From Leucoraja ocellata (lineage: Eukaryota), in the NCBI GenBank assembly GCA_036785375.1, contig JAWMAR010000167.1:4650001-4714000 (forward strand): DNA of 64,000 nucleotides, in the 5' to 3' direction. Positions 14,094-28,650 of the stretch are shown in pieces. How positions within the stretch are numbered: the first letter of the stretch is position 1; each line of letters begins with the position of its first letter. The notes under the pieces were generated by a model. It was not told where the DNA came from. It ran no database searches and saw nothing but the letters and a program-made list of their open reading frames with translations. The position numbers were made by a program, and so were the translations under genes.

Positions 14094-16624
14094 CCGGGCT
14101 CGGCCGCGGGCCCAGTGGACGACATCGACGGGAGCTCGCAGGTCACAGGTTGGTGACCTGTTTTTCCGGAGCTCCCGCAACTACTGCTGCGTCCGCTGGA
14201 CTAGATGGCGGCATCTTCGGCAGCTTTGACCGCCACGGGCCACGGAGCTTGAACCGGCCCATCCGCGGAGCTCGGTTGAGCCGCAGGACTTAGTAACCAT
14301 CATCCGGCGGGGTCACAACATCCAAAGCCTGGATCGCCTCAGCGCAGACGGAGAACAAGGAGGGAAGAGACAGAGACTTTAAGACTTCTGCCTTCATCAC
14401 AGTGAGGTGGTGCCTGGTGAACTCACTGTGGTGGATGTTAATGTGTGTTTTGTTATTTATTATTATATGTATGACTGCAGGCAACAAAATTTCGTTCAGA
14501 CCGAAAGGTCTGAATGACAATAAAGGAATCTAATCTAATCAAATCTAATGAAAAAAATCACCTGATGTTTGACAATGGGATGGATATCTTGGTTCAGTGG
14601 CAAGTGAGATGGCTGTGACTTGCAGATTTGATCATATAATGTACTTTGCTGCATTAAAGAGAGATTGCTGCCCTGTTAGAGGTGAGATCGGTGCTAAAGA
14701 CTCCATCTAAAGAGTAAAGGTGTCTTCCAGCGTTTTGTTGGCACTTGCTACGTACAAATTGGCAGCTGTATTCGCCCATATGGAACCATAACCACATTCA
14801 GAAACAATCCAATGTCTGTGAAATGCATTGACACAAATAAGGACCTGAAACTCACTCCTTAAATTCAATACAACTCATTTAAATGAATCCACAGACTTGC
14901 CCAAAACAAAGATCAGGTTCAACCAAGAGCAGTTCTGAGTCCTGAGTTGATTATAAATGAGGTCAGTGCATCAGGAAGCATTGCTTATTATCTCTGATGA
15001 GTTGGTCACCAGTGTACAAATTACCTGCCACTCGGCAGTCAATGAATGAAACAATGATTGTTCTTTGCAACCAGGCAAAGAAAATCAACCAAGGGTTTTG
15101 CAAATCTGTGATCCATCAGAAGGTCACTGAGGAAGGAAGAAGTCACAAAGGCAACATTAATCACCGCAGCAAGACTGACAACTTGACTCTGGACACATTC
15201 CCAGCCAGTTTCCTGGAGGACGACTTCAGAGAGTAAACAGAGCAGGAATAAATAGATGACTCAATGGTTGGGAGGCTGCAATGAGTGTGAAGCCATTGGA
15301 TTGATGCTGTGGCTTCAGCTGCTCATGATCAATATCAATGAAGAATGGATCATGAGTGCCGAGTGTAGCAAATCCAACTACACCGATGATACAAAGCAGA
15401 GTGGCAATGTGGGTTGTGAGAGAGGCTTCACCAGGTCTCGACAAGTTACGTGAATGGGTCAGGCCATTGAGGTGGAACATAATGTGATTACAATGTAAGG
15501 TCATCCACTTTGACAGAACGGGAACAGTGAAGTGGAGTATTTTGAAAAGAGGGAGAGATTAAAAGATGTTGTTCAAAGGAACCCCAGATCAATGGAAGTT
15601 AATAGGCAGCAATTAGCAAGGCGACAGTCGGCAGAAAGCTCAAGGAACAGCACACTTCATCTTCCAATTTGGCACTCTGCTCTCCTCAATACTTCACAAT
15701 GAATTCACCAATTTCAACAGCTTTCAATTAATGTTAATTCAGTTTTCTCTTTCTCCACGACTGGTGCTAGACACGCTGAGTTTTCACCAGGTCTCCCATC
15801 GATTTCAGATATGCAGCAACTGTAGATTGCTTCTTGTTGGAACTTGGTACCTGCAAATTAGCACCTGTGTTGACGTGCATAAAACCATAACTGCATCCAA
15901 GTCATATCCATTGTCTGTGAAATTCAATGATATAAATGAGGACCTGGAAGGCACTCCGTTAATTCAGTGTAACTGTTCTAACCAAATTAGTGCTTCTATA
16001 ATCACTGATGAGCCCCAACCAAAGATCAACTTTAACCAAGAACATCTCTGGTGCCTCTATTGATCACAGTGCATCTGGAAAAACATTCAGAATTGTTTTT
16101 CTCTCTCCCCTGCTCTCATTCATCATCCTCTATTTACATCTGTAAATTAAAGGACGTTCTTTTAGGAAGGAGATGAGGAGAAATGTCTTTAGTCAGAGGG
16201 TGGTGAATCTGTGGGATTCTTTTCCACAGAAGGCTAAGGAGGCAGAGATAGATTCTTGATTAGTACAGGGGTCAGAGGTAGAAGAATGGGATTAGGAGAG
16301 AGAGATAGATCAGCCATAATTAAATGGCAGAGTAGACTTGATGGGCCAAATGGCCTAATTCTACTCCTATTCCTTATGAGACCCAAAACATCACCTGTTC
16401 CTATTTTCCCGAAGATGCTGCCTGACTCGCAAAGTTACTCCAACTGCCTGGTGTCTAACTCCTTGTTCAGTGTTGGACCTAAAATGAGAGTTGATCAACT
16501 TGAGATCAATCTTCACATTAAAATGACTATTTTCAAGAGTATTCTGGAAATAAAAGAAGTTAATACTAGGAGCCCAATGACTACAAGAATTGTACTTTCC
16601 ATAAATATCACAACCGATTATGAA

Positions 16625-17065
16625 TGAATTAATAAGTTTATTGGCCAAGTATTGACACATACAATGAAATTGCCTTGGTGCTCCGCTCGCAAATGACAAC
16701 ACCTCACACAGTAACAGTTAAGAATGACACATAAAACAATAAACAATAATAATAAAACATTATAGTTTAAACGTGTGAATGAAATAAAATACTAGAGCAA
16801 AAGGAGGCTACAGACTTTTGGGTATTGAGTAGAGCTACTGCTCGTGTAAAAACGCTGTTTTTATGTCTGGCTGTGGTGGTTTGACAGTCTGGAGTCGCCT
16901 TCTAGAGGGAAGTGTTTAACAGAGTTTGTGGCCAGGATCATAGAGGATCTTACCCACTCGCTTCCTGGCTCCTGCGATGTACAGTTCATCAATGGGGGGA
17001 AGGTTGCAGCCAACAACCTTCTCAGCAGATCGGACGATTCGCTGCAGCCTCCGGATGTCGTGCTT
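16625..17065 (-). mobile_element. Rex1/Babar-type LINE 3' end
   Basis: Reverse complement of the 42106-42601 family. Confidence 0.75.
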
Positions 17066-17216
17066 GCTTTATTTTTCTGTAATAAATGTAGCATCTAACT
17101 GCATCCAAAATGTTTCATTATTCTTATGGGGATAGCAAGAAAAGCAATTTTTTATTCATATCACAATTCAATATCAACTGTGTAGTCCAAAGATTAACCA
17201 AGTTAAGATGTATATG

Positions 17217-17345
17217 TTATCTGAAGTTGGAGAATGGAACATTGAGTCCGGGAGGCTGCAATGTGCCGTGATGAATGATGAGGTGTTGTTCCACAAGCTT
17301 GTCTTGGGTTTCAATGCAAGAGTTTAGATGGAGGTCAAGGTGGAA
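17217..17345 (-). mobile_element. Penelope GIY-YIG C-terminal fragment
   Basis: Translation KLVEQHLIIHHGTLQPPGLNVPFSNFR, typical of the end of a Penelope-like ORF. A similar + strand fragment lies at about 15630-15718. Confidence 0.65.
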
Positions 17346-18931
17346 GTGCATTTCGATGTCTCTGTACTGTACACTGACAATGACAATTAAAATTGAATCT
17401 GAATCTGAAGTGGGTTGGAGCAATGAAGTGGCAGGCAACTGGAAACAATAATAATTAACCGTTTCAACAACGCTCTCAAGGCTGATCTTAACTTTCTCCT
17501 GCGTAGACGCTGGTCTAAACTGTGGACACAAAATGCTGGGGTAACTCAGTGAGAGGCAGCATCACTGGAGAGAAGGAATGGGTGACGTTCCCAGTCGAGA
17601 CTCTTCTTCAGGCATTTCAGAACTTTCTCCTATTGGACCGCAAACACTTCCATCCTGTAAGGTTCATCAAATATCCTTGAGACTCAGAGAGCCAATACAT
17701 TTTCTCAGTCTTAACTCGACTGAGATTAATTAGATCATGGAACACTATTGCACAGGAACAAGCCCATCTAACCTACGTTTGTGTCAAACATGATGTTCCT
17801 CTCCTCTACCTGCATGTGATCCATGTCTCTTCATTCCCTGCAAATCCATGTGCCTATCCAAAAGCCTCATGAATAGCACCATCAAACCTGCCTCCACCAT
17901 CACTCCTGATGACGTGTTCCAGGCACCCACCATTAAATAACTTGCCCACTGAGTCTCCATTGAACTTTGCTACTCTCACCTTACAGCTCTACCCTAATAA
18001 ATGAATACCTGCCATCATCGTCTTAATATGGAGAATAACAGTTCTATCGATTTGGGAGCTGATATGTAAAAGAATTATGTTTGAAATCTGATGAAGGTCT
18101 CGGCTCACATCATCAGCTGCAAGCTTTGATTGTTCACATCAATATTTGAAACATTTGTAAATTCAACATTTATCTTTCCCAATGACGACCAGAAGAAACT
18201 GCCCAGACCCACTCGATCCTGGAGAAGAGGGTGCGAGGCTGGCAGAGGGCACCTGCAATTGTGGCCTAGTTCACAGTTCCAGTTGCAGAAAATAGAACGT
18301 GTTCCAACTCCCCTCTGAAAAGGTCTATCACCCCCTCGAAGTTTGTTGTTCACACCGAAAATTGGCACAAAATGCTGGAGTAACTCAGCAGGACAGGCAG
18401 CATCTCTGGAGACAAGGAATGGGTGACGTTTCAGGTCAAGACCCTTATTCAGAATCACATTGAGTTCTCTCCAATCCCCACCACTGACTGGGCAGGAAGG
18501 AACTGCAGATGCTGGTTTACACCAAAGACAGATGCAAAACGCTGGAGTAACTCAGCGGACGAGGCAGTATCTCTGGAGAGAAGGAATATGTGACGTTTTG
18601 GCTCTGAAGAAGGATCTCCACCCGAAACGTCACATAGTCCTTTACTCCAGAGATACTGCTGGGCCCGCTGAGTTACTTCAGCTTTGTATGTCCTTCCCTA
18701 CTGCTGACTGACTGACTTGTCAGGTCTCAGTTCCTCTGTACTGATGTTAGATGGCCTTCCTCAGGAAATCCCTCTTTATAAAACTGAATCTTACAATCTC
18801 AATCCTGGCTCAGATTTTCAGACACAGTTTGCCATTCCGTGAGATTCTAGGCAATAATTTATTTTGAAGAATAATCTCAACATTTGTGATTGATTAGACT
18901 AATTTCTGATTTGCACAGGGCCAGGCCATCT

Positions 18932-19214
18932 TTTAGTTTAATTTAGTTTAGAGATACAGAGTGGAAACAGGCCCTTTGACCCACTAAGTCCAAGTCGACA
19001 GCGCTCGGGGCAATTTACAATTTTACTGAAACCAATTAACCTACAAACCTGTACGTCTTTGGAGTGTGGGAGGAAACCGGAGCACCCGGAGAAAACCTAT
19101 ACGGGCATGAGGAGAACACACATACTCCGTACAGACAGCATCCGTAGTCAGGATTGAACTTGGGACCCTGGCGCTGTAAGGCAGCAATTCTACCGCTGCG
19201 CCACCGTGCCGCCC
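18932..19214 (-). mobile_element. HE1-type SINE
   Basis: A box tggcgcagcgg, B box, core and tail. Confidence 0.85.
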
Positions 19215-20585
19215 AATGCACATGCATTTGAGAATCACAACAGGCTCTATTTGATCATTTTACCAGTGTTGCCATAAGTGTATTCTTGTCAGATATTTTT
19301 TTTTTATTTAAATGAAATAGCAGTGATTGCAACAAGAAGGGTCAAATCAAACGACCCCAATTAGCAACAAAACACTCACACCAAAGCAAAAACACAGAAT
19401 TAAATTTCTTAATATCCGAAAATATTTTAATGTTTTAAATGCTTCAAATGCAAAAATAAACTGTGTGTACCATTTATACAATTCAGCAATGTATTAAAGC
19501 AGTGAATCGTAAAACCATGTGCCCCTGTGTTGGCCTGGCAATAACCCCGGGAACTCGAGAGGTAACCTGCACACAATTGACGAACCGTTCCACAAGACAT
19601 GGTGAATTTGCTCATCCTACCTTGGGCTCAGATGGGCAGACCTGGCTGTGTCGGGACTGAGTCTGAAGAAGGCTCTCGATCCAAAACGTCACCCATTCCT
19701 TCTATCCAGAAATGCTGCCTGTCCCGCTGAGTTACTCCAGCATTGTGTGCCTGTCTTCTGTGTCAGGATGGATGCAGCAATGTGCATTGAACAAACCCAA
19801 CACATGGCATTGAGAGGTTACATGTTTTTCCTCCAAAGTACAAAATTAATGAATTATGGTTAAAAATAATTACTGGTCAGAGGGTTACCACATGGCCCCA
19901 GCAGTCTATGGTAGTCCTTTTTGGACAATCCTAAATGTCCCCACCCCCCTCTCTTTCTCCATTGCTTTGAACATTATTTTCCCTTTAATTTCCATCCAAC
20001 TCCCTTCTGCCTTCTCCCTTTTACCACCTCCCTTCCAGGGAGATAATTCCAAAACACAAACCGGCTCCTATTTAGTTGTGCCTCATATCCCATCGTACCC
20101 TTGCCCATCTCTTCATTTTCTCAACTAATTCGAACCAATTTCTCTCCTTGAATCCCACAGTGATACTGCACACATCTCAAGATGCATCTATATCCACATT
20201 AAAAATGTACCTACAGTCGTTTGCATTGAGACTGATTGGATGGTAAGGCTAGCTATCTATGGCAGGGATTGATAGTTTTTTGAAATAGTGTTGATTGATG
20301 CTTATAATTTGGTTCTGAAACGATAAAATCCCTGCCGATCATTGAGGATTTACATTGGAACAAACTATAAAACCAATAATAAACACACTTTACATGCCAA
20401 ACATTAAAATAAAGTGTCCAATACTTAATAGTTATAATATTGACTCACGATATTTGATTCCCAATGGATCTGGTGGACTTTTTAACCAAAAAACATAATG
20501 TATTAAACAATTAATCCCAGCTCATTCAGTTCATTGACAGGAAAAATAATATTTAATTATTTTTTTCTGAATTAGAGAGACATTT

Positions 20586-21140
20586 TTATGTAGCTTTTTT
20601 TGAATTAAAAGCTTTGAAGTAAAAGTTTGAGAAAAGACTCAGCATTGTTATACCATACAAGATCCCATAAATGCAGAATCCATGAAAGAGATAGCCCCAT
20701 GTTGCAAGAACCACGTCCATAACAAACTGGAAGATTTGCAGCTGTGTCAATCTTATCTTCCATGTGGGTCGCTGTGATGGATTCACAGCACTCTGGCCAT
20801 AGTAAAAATACAAGAAGATGTGGATAAATGAATTGAAGAGGAGGAAAGGAGCTATGGCTGGCCAGGGGTAGTAATGATAGCACAGGTCACTCAGGAGCAA
20901 CATACTGCAATGATGGTAGACATGAAGGAACGAGATCTGACGGTTCCGATGCCTCAAGACCATGAAGACCGTATCGAGCAACTCCACGTTTTTGACCAGC
21001 CAGTAAATGAGGTAAGCATGCTGCAGTTCTGGAAAAAACTCCTTCTGAAAGATGGAATCTGCCACGCTGAGGCCTTGCACAAAGAGGAAAGTGGCGTACA
21101 GGCTCATGATGCTACAGGCCATGTTGTAGACTAATAGGAT
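20586..21140 (-). CDS. ELOVL-family fatty acid elongase, large terminal coding exon (184 aa + stop)
   Basis: Acceptor ctgcag|ATC at 21141/21140, phase 0. Translation ILLVYNMAC...KNVELLDT...FLHVYHH...NSFIHIFLYFYY...TQLQIFQF...FNSKKAT* contains the ELO motifs KxxExxDT, HxxHH, NxxxHxxxYxYY and TxxQxxQ, and a C-terminal KKxx ER-retrieval signal. Confidence 0.95.
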   Translation of the reverse strand: MLLVYNMACSIMSLYATFLFVQGLSVADSIFQKEFFPELQHAYLIYWLVKNVELLDTVFMVLRHRNRQISFLHVYHHCSMLLLSDLCYHYYPWPAIAPFLLFNSFIHIFLYFYYGQSAVNPSQRPTWKIRLTQLQIFQFVMDVVLATWGYLFHGFCIYGILYGITMLSLFSNFYFKAFNSKKAT

Positions 21141-24100
21141 CTGCAGAATTTAACAAACACAGACAATTACAAGAACTTGTGAGCAGCAACTATTCAAATC
21201 ACATTCTGCTCAACATAACAAATTACATTACCTAAGAAAATTGAATTCATTTAGCTCTCAGCAACGTAATTACAAAAATACATTTGGGATTGAACACAAA
21301 CTAGACTTTTGGATTTAAACGCATAAATTATTTAACCAGAGGCTTTTATCTGTTATTTTACTTTGAGCATCAAGTGCGACCATTTTTGCTGCCACAAACT
21401 CACTCATCTTTTATACAGTTTTAATTCAGATAGAACTCAAAGATGTGACCAAAAAGGTTTGTTGTGTTGCACAGATTAATATTTTGGATTCAGATCCAAT
21501 ATGTTTTAGGTAAAGAATGTGGTTCTGCTTCAAATGGTTAATTGCCTTTTTTTTAATTCTCTCTTCTCATGCTGGAAATGTGACACTTCTGCACAGCTAC
21601 AAGACTGAAATTTCAGCGCTAGATAGTCGGGTGTCATACTTTGTTCAAAATCACCAACAAATGTGATTGAAAAGTCTCCTTGACAATTAGCAGAGGTTTC
21701 AAGGAGGCATTCAAACATAGGGGAAAAAGACACAAACTACAAACCATCGGCAAAGGTCTGAATGGAAATTAGAAGCATTTTTAAGCCATGGAAGGGGATA
21801 TTTAATGGAATGCTGCCTGACCTGCTGAGTTACTCCAGTATTTTGTACCTTTCTTTGGTGGATGGCTCGATCGTAATGCCGTATTATCTTTCCGCTGACT
21901 GGTAAGAATGCCACAGAACCTGTTCACTGTACCTCGGTATATGTGACAATAAACTACACTCAAACGCTGCAGTTCCTCGTTTCTCCATCTATGCTTTCCC
22001 CTTACATTCAACCTCCCAAAGTGCAACATCCTCACACCCGCTCTGAAGACCCCAAGGTCAGGATTGAACTCGGCTCGCTGGAACTATAAGGCCATCACAC
22101 AACCACATTGCCTGTTTTGTTTTTGTTAAAAGTAATCCGACTTGTTCAGCCCCGCAGATCCTTATACAACAGCACACACCACCTCACTTAGCTAGCTTGG
22201 GGTGTACCATCCTTCTCAGGCCTCACTAGAAGCTCGCTGTAGCGAAAGCTGCGCTGAGTTATTTTCTTGCCACGGGACAAAGTCACGGTGACCTCCAGAT
22301 AACAACAATAATGCAATCTCCTGTAATATCATATCCATTACAGGGAGCGAAAGCATCGGGGTAATAAATTAGGGCTCTCCAGGGGCTGCAATAGCTGTCA
22401 GGAAGGAACATCTAGCGAGCAGCAGATATACTGCAGCATTGGGCACTTTAACATATTGTGGCTACGATGGGAGCTCACGGAGGATTTACGCAGCCTTTGC
22501 GTGGCATGAGCAAAATTCGCATGCAAAATTAATACACTTCCAGGGCACTCATCTGCAAACTTCTAATCAAGTCTCATCAAACAAGCTTCCCTCGGTGTTC
22601 AGTGTCACCACTTCCACTGTACCTCACCTTGTTCAATAGCATCCACCTCCAAATCAGAATAGTCAGCTACAGAAGAATACACATCCATGTTACATTGACA
22701 CAAGTTGACAAAAGAAACAAAAAGAGGCCAGCGTAATCACATCTGTCATTGAGTTTTTTCCACAGGTTGGGAAACTTCATCCAAGTTGATTTCCACATTG
22801 AGGAGTCATTGTCAGTGTGGAACACAGTCTGGATATTTCGGATGAAGAATTTCGACCCCAACCAAAATGTCACCTTATCCCTGTTCTGCAGAGATGCTGC
22901 CTGACCTGCTGAGTTACTCCAGCACTTTGTGACTAATTTTTGTAAATCAGCTGCTGCAAGTAAGGATTTCATTGTTCCATTTTTGGTATATTTGACAACT
23001 AAACACTCTTGGCTCTGAGCATCTGTAGTTCCCTGTGCCTACTGGATATTTCAGACTACTCCATGCCCTATTAGCTTGCAAAAATCAGAGGAAAAGTTGA
23101 AAAATGATACATCGACTTTTCAGTAATACTACTCTGAGTACCATAGGATGATGACAAAGTAATTAAATTATAATGAGGCTAAAAGTAGGATTGCACATAA
23201 CTCACTATATTTCTTTTGGAATCAAAGGTGTCACAGCTGACAGACCCATAACACATCCAAGCAGCATTCTCCTCCACAATGTTTAACAGGGCCAGAAACC
23301 TATTTATCCCAGATCTTAAAAAGGATAACGCAACAGCATTTTCAATCTATTTCTACACTAAGAATCCAAAATGTAATATTTGTCTTTCAAAATCAGAGTT
23401 CAGAGCACAGTAAAATGTGTGGGGATATATATTCAAGTCAATGCTATTAAAGCTAATAGTATCTAATTAGAATGCAATTAATGTTGGAAATTGATCTTAA
23501 ATTATTAATGATTTGATATCAATTATTAATCCTTAAATGGCTAATATATTGGTCATGGCTCCAACTGAAAAACTATAATTGCTTGGTTTTGTGTGTTCCT
23601 CCTTTGTCATTCTATGGGTATGGAGTATGCTTGAGGAAAATACATTGCCCCCAAATCAAACACAGTAAACAGAAGCAACTCCTGCTCTGATTAATACTCC
23701 TCTCCTTTGTCATCAGAATAACTAGTAGCCAGAAATTTCATACAAAGTGGGATTATAGGACAGGGTGTTCAAGAAGGAACTGCAGATGCTGGAGAACTGA
23801 AGGTAGACAAAATTGCTGGAGAAACTTAGCGGGTGCGGCAGCATCTATGGAGCGAAGGAAATAGGCAACGTTTCGGGCCGAGGGGAAGGCAGGTTTGATG
23901 TTTCAGGTTGAAGATCTTTCAGATTTACATTGGAACAGCTCACTAGCAGTGGGGTTAAGCCAGCTATTCAATGGGAGTTCAGCTGGCAAACACAGAGTGT
24001 CTGGGCTTGCTAATGGATGGCAGAGCCAACAACGCGCTCTTAAATTATTTTTAACCTTTCAGCCACTGGGAGCCTCAACTCTTCCACCAACATCTGAACA

Positions 24101-24769
24101 AACTAATCATATTTCCTTATGATACAAGGCCATTCAGTCTACGAAGTGTATGCCAGCTCTCAAGTACCATTATCGGTCCCATTACTATTTGCCCACTGAT
24201 CTTCCGCTAACAGGGGTGGCACAGCGGTAGAGTTGCTGCCTCATGGAGCCAGAGACGCCGGTTCGATCCTGACCTCGGGTGCTGTCTGTATGGAGTTTGT
24301 ACGTTCTCCCTGTGACGGCGTGGATTTACTCCGCAGTTTTTTTCCCCCCACATTTCAAAGATGTGTAGGTATGTAGGTTAATTGGCTGTTGATATAAAAT
24401 GCTGGAGTAACTCAGCCGGTGAGGCAGCATCTCTGAAGAGAAGGAATGGACAACGTTTTGGTCCGAAACCCTTCGTCAGACTCATATAGTCTCTATCATC
24501 CAATTGCACTAGGAATTAAATTACATGAGCCTACCCAAATGTGTCTGGGATGTGGGAGGAAAGTGGAGTACCCGGGGGCAACCCACAAGTCAAAGGGGGG
24601 TCATGCAGACTCCACATAGACAGAACTGGAGATGAGGATTGAACCAGGATGGCTGGAGCTATCCTGTTGCAGTGTTAATTGGTGCAACAACATGTCACCA
24701 ATTGCTACATGGTTCAGCATGCCACACCCCTGCCACATTCAACACACTGAGTTCACAGAGTAGCTAAAA

Positions 24770-25070
24770 TGTGTAGGAAGGAACTGCAGATGCTGGTTGA
24801 ATCCGAAGATAGACACAAAAAGCTGGAGTAACTCAGCGGGACAGGCGGCATCTCTGGAGGAAAGGAATAGGTGACGTTTTGGGTCGAGACCCTTCTTCAG
24901 ACTGAGAGTCAGGGGAAAGGGAAATGAGAGGTGTTGACGGTTATATAAAAATATAGAACGAATGAATGAAAGATATGCCAAAAAAGTAATGATGATAAAG
25001 GGAACAGGCCATTGTTAGCTGTGGTCCAGGTGAGAACGAGTTAGAGGCAATGAGACTCAACAAGACGGCT
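24770..25070 (-). mobile_element. Penelope pseudo-LTR, long copy
   Basis: Reverse complement of the 9110-9327 type; hammerhead-like core at 24873-24900. Confidence 0.7.
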
Positions 25071-28000
25071 ACTGCTTGGTATCTTTGCTCGGTCAGATCT
25101 GGAGATGTGAGTTACAGAGAGAGGGTCAGATGGAAAATGCAAGCAGAGGCTTCTCTCCATGTCGAGCTATTGAGTGACGGTGACAGACTCGACAAGCAGG
25201 TTATTTGTCTACTTTCTCCTGCAAGATGCAGGAGCAGCAGCCCAGAAGGAGAAAAATTACTTCATCATGGTGTAAATATTAGGCTGGAGGCCTAGAGGTA
25301 TCAACCTTCATAATGTGTCCAATGACACTGCAGTCCATTGCTACTGCATTTGAATTTCAAATTATTCAGACTATCCAAAAACATCAAACCCCTATGTTTT
25401 AATATAATCCACTTATTTTACACATGTAATATTCAACATTATAATTTTCGCGATAACATTTATTACAGTGGGGAAAAAAAATTGCTCACCATGCGGGCTG
25501 CAGCTCAGACTTATAAAATGGATGGTATTATTCTAAACAGCGCATTAGGAATAAATCAAATGTGACTGTTGTTTAGAAACGGAACAAAAGAAACACATTG
25601 CCACAACATTATTAAAGTCTAAAATTAAACTATTTTTTAAGTGTACGAGAGGCAAGGGAGCCGTTAACAATATAACTATGTAACATTGAGTCCAATACTA
25701 ACTCAGTAAATGCATCATATTCTGGTACCCTTCTGAAATCAATAGCCCCAGGAAAAAGATTTTTTGGAGAAGGCTGAATTTATCAAACAGATTTCGACAA
25801 GATGGCCAATGTCAAATGTTTATATCTCTCTATCGGACTGTGTAACACACTGTGTGGTTTACGAGTGTCTGCCAGCCATTCATAAACATGTAACGTCTGT
25901 GGCTAGGAAATGACACCAGATTTACTGCTTTATTACTCAGCATCTAAAACCATATAAATATAAAAGGGAAAAAAAACCGAGAGAAAGAGGTAAGGGAGAA
26001 AATGACATGGTGAGTCAAGTGAACTACCAGGGAGTGGAATGAAGCCAAATGTTTATTTGCCTGTAGTGTGAACCATGCATTTCCGTTTTTTTTTATTACA
26101 TTGCATCTGGGTCCCTCACGTTCAGTTAAAAGCCACAATAGATGACAAACTCTTAAGCAAATGAACCAAAAACAAATCAACAACAAGCATAAATTTTGTC
26201 TTTTTAAAAATAAAATTCAAAGCACACTTTCTAGTATGTTAAAACCTTGAAGTGGCAAGTTTAAGTTCAGCTTTGTCACATTAAAAGCTAGACTAATGAT
26301 TGCATTTTTGATAATTAACACCTACTTTCTTATTAACGGTCAGCTCACAGTCCATCAGAGGGGACACGGATATCACTCTGATAATCTGATTGTTTCATGG
26401 TCCATGTTAAAAGGCTGCACTGTTAAATATTGCACACCACTCAATAAATGTTATATCTGTAAAATATTGCATACTTATCGATAAATATTATATCGAGCTG
26501 AATTTGCCTGCCCTACAAATCAAATGCATGTGATAAAACGTCGTATTCTATTCGTTGAAAGCTATTCGCTGTATTATTTTTATGATGCTTCAAGTTATAA
26601 TTAATGTAATTCAGAGGTAACAATTATTTACTTCCATCTGAACATGCACTCAAGATGTATTACGGAATATTTTACAGGCTCACATGGGCAGCAATTCCCG
26701 GAAAAGTCGACCTCTAACCATCCTATTTTAAAATTTATTGCACTGCAATTTTGTCCAGGGTTTTTTTGGTGGCGGTTTTGTTTTACTGCTGAGTTTGCAG
26801 TGTTCTGCTGGAACATTTCACAAAGCACCCACGCTCCTTTGGTAGCTTGCCCAGGTTTGCTATTCATCACCTACATGAACGTCACAACATACAGTGGAGC
26901 AGGCGCGTGGGGCATTAAGGCAGTCATCACCCCTGTCCTTACTTTCAAGCAACATTAATGAAATTCATGGTCAAAAACCAATTTCAGTTTAAGGGTCTCG
27001 ACCCTAAACGTCACCCATTCCGTCTCTCCAGAGATGTTGCCTGACCCGCTGAGTTACTCCAGAATTTTGTGTCTATCTTCAGTTATTCTTATTGTGGGTT
27101 TAGAGGACAATTGTAGCCCATTTAGTGTTGCCTGACAGAGAAGACCAGCTGATTTAATTATGATCTGAAGTACGGTTTCTGGAGAAGGGTCTCGACCTGA
27201 AACATCACATATTCCTTTTCTCCAAAGATGCTGCCTGACCCGCAGAGTTACTCCAGCTTTTTTGTGTCTATCTTATGGTCTGGGGTAGAGTGGGTGGTAA
27301 TTTTATACACAGCCACTGGGGGACACACTGGTTTAAAACAGTCACCCTTCCATGCTTTTCTTTCCAGCAAAATCATCTCAAACACACAATATACAGAACA
27401 TTTCCACCTCAGTACCTGATACCACAAAACAAAACCATAACTGACAAAGCCGTCACACACTGGCACCCAACCATCCTGACAGCGACCACATCATTTAGCG
27501 TGGAAGATATAAATATAAAAAATACATTTATTGTTCATCAGTTGGCTAAAAGCAAAATAAGATTGCTAATTGATATAAGTGCTTCCATTGCTACTCGCAC
27601 TGTTAACACAACCCATTATTTATAATTGACACAAATTCCACCCACAATCTGCAATCTATCAGCCTTGTTAATCCATCAAAATTTACTTTTGACAACCAAG
27701 GACAAATGATCAAGTTGCCACCATTACTGTAATTAATTTGATAAGTTTTCTTAAAAAAACGTATTACTCCAATGCGTATATTAACAGTCCCTGTCTGTAT
27801 TTAGCTTGTTCCTGCAGATCATTTGTTACAACACTGTGCAACTGCTACTTAGTAACTCAGAGTAGCTGATTACAGCTGAGTGAGCAATGTAGCAATAAAA
27901 ACTATCGAAATAAATTAGTGTATTACAGAAACACATGTGTCTTCACAATTAATAAATTCCACTCCATCAAACGGTGATTTAATTATGCATTATGTATGTT

Positions 28001-28371
28001 AGGCATGAATCATTCATGTACATTATTACCCAAGTGGGAAAATAGCAAATAGGCATATAAACAGCATACAGGAGTGCTTTTTGTCAAATATAACAGCAGG
28101 GATAATAATTAAAAGGAAAACAGTCAGTCCTAGGAATGCTAATCCTAATACACTTTTAAATAAAGTTTAATATAAAACAGGTCAAGTTTTAAAGTAATCA
28201 CTGGCACAGCTGCGATGAATAATGCAGTGGTAACAATTCTTACTTAATACTGGAATAGATGTCAAAAAAGTAGACTTGCTCGGAGTTTGAAATTTGTAAC
28301 TCAGCGGAATGGAGATATTTACTTGTGAAGGCAAACAGCTAACACCGTCGATGTGGGGTGAAATATTTCAC

Positions 28372-28650
28372 ACTAAATGGCACTTTTTAACCATCTCAGG
28401 AAATCCCCAAGTATCTATCAGTCCATAACCTTCTTCCAAAGTGCAGTCATTGATGTAATGAGGAAACATTGTTGCCAATTTGTGCACCGCAAACTCTCAT
28501 GGTCATGTGATAATGATCAGCTAATATTAAATGACAAGTCAAGGGGCAGTTATTAAAATACTGGGGCTTTTTTATTTTACAGTACCAAGCAATCCCTTGT
28601 GAGTCTGAGGCAAGATGGGAATTGTTTTAACACCTCGACTAAAAGACCTG
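28372..28650 (-). mobile_element. Ancient Deu-domain SINE remnant
   Basis: gccaatttgtgcaccgcaa...gtgataatgatcag resembles the recalled shark Deu-SINE consensus; similar remnants near 14660-14850 (+) and 60240-60360. Confidence 0.45.

Noticed and set aside
18932-19214. tRNA gene-like A and B boxes
   Set aside because: These are SINE heads continuing into core and LINE-derived tails; no complete cloverleaf.
25488-25545. Possible extra small ELOVL exon (minus-strand G|GTGAG donor near 25488)
   Set aside because: The peptide NNTIHFISLSCSPH is not ELO-like, inclusion would shift the frame, and the flanking exons already join without a gap.
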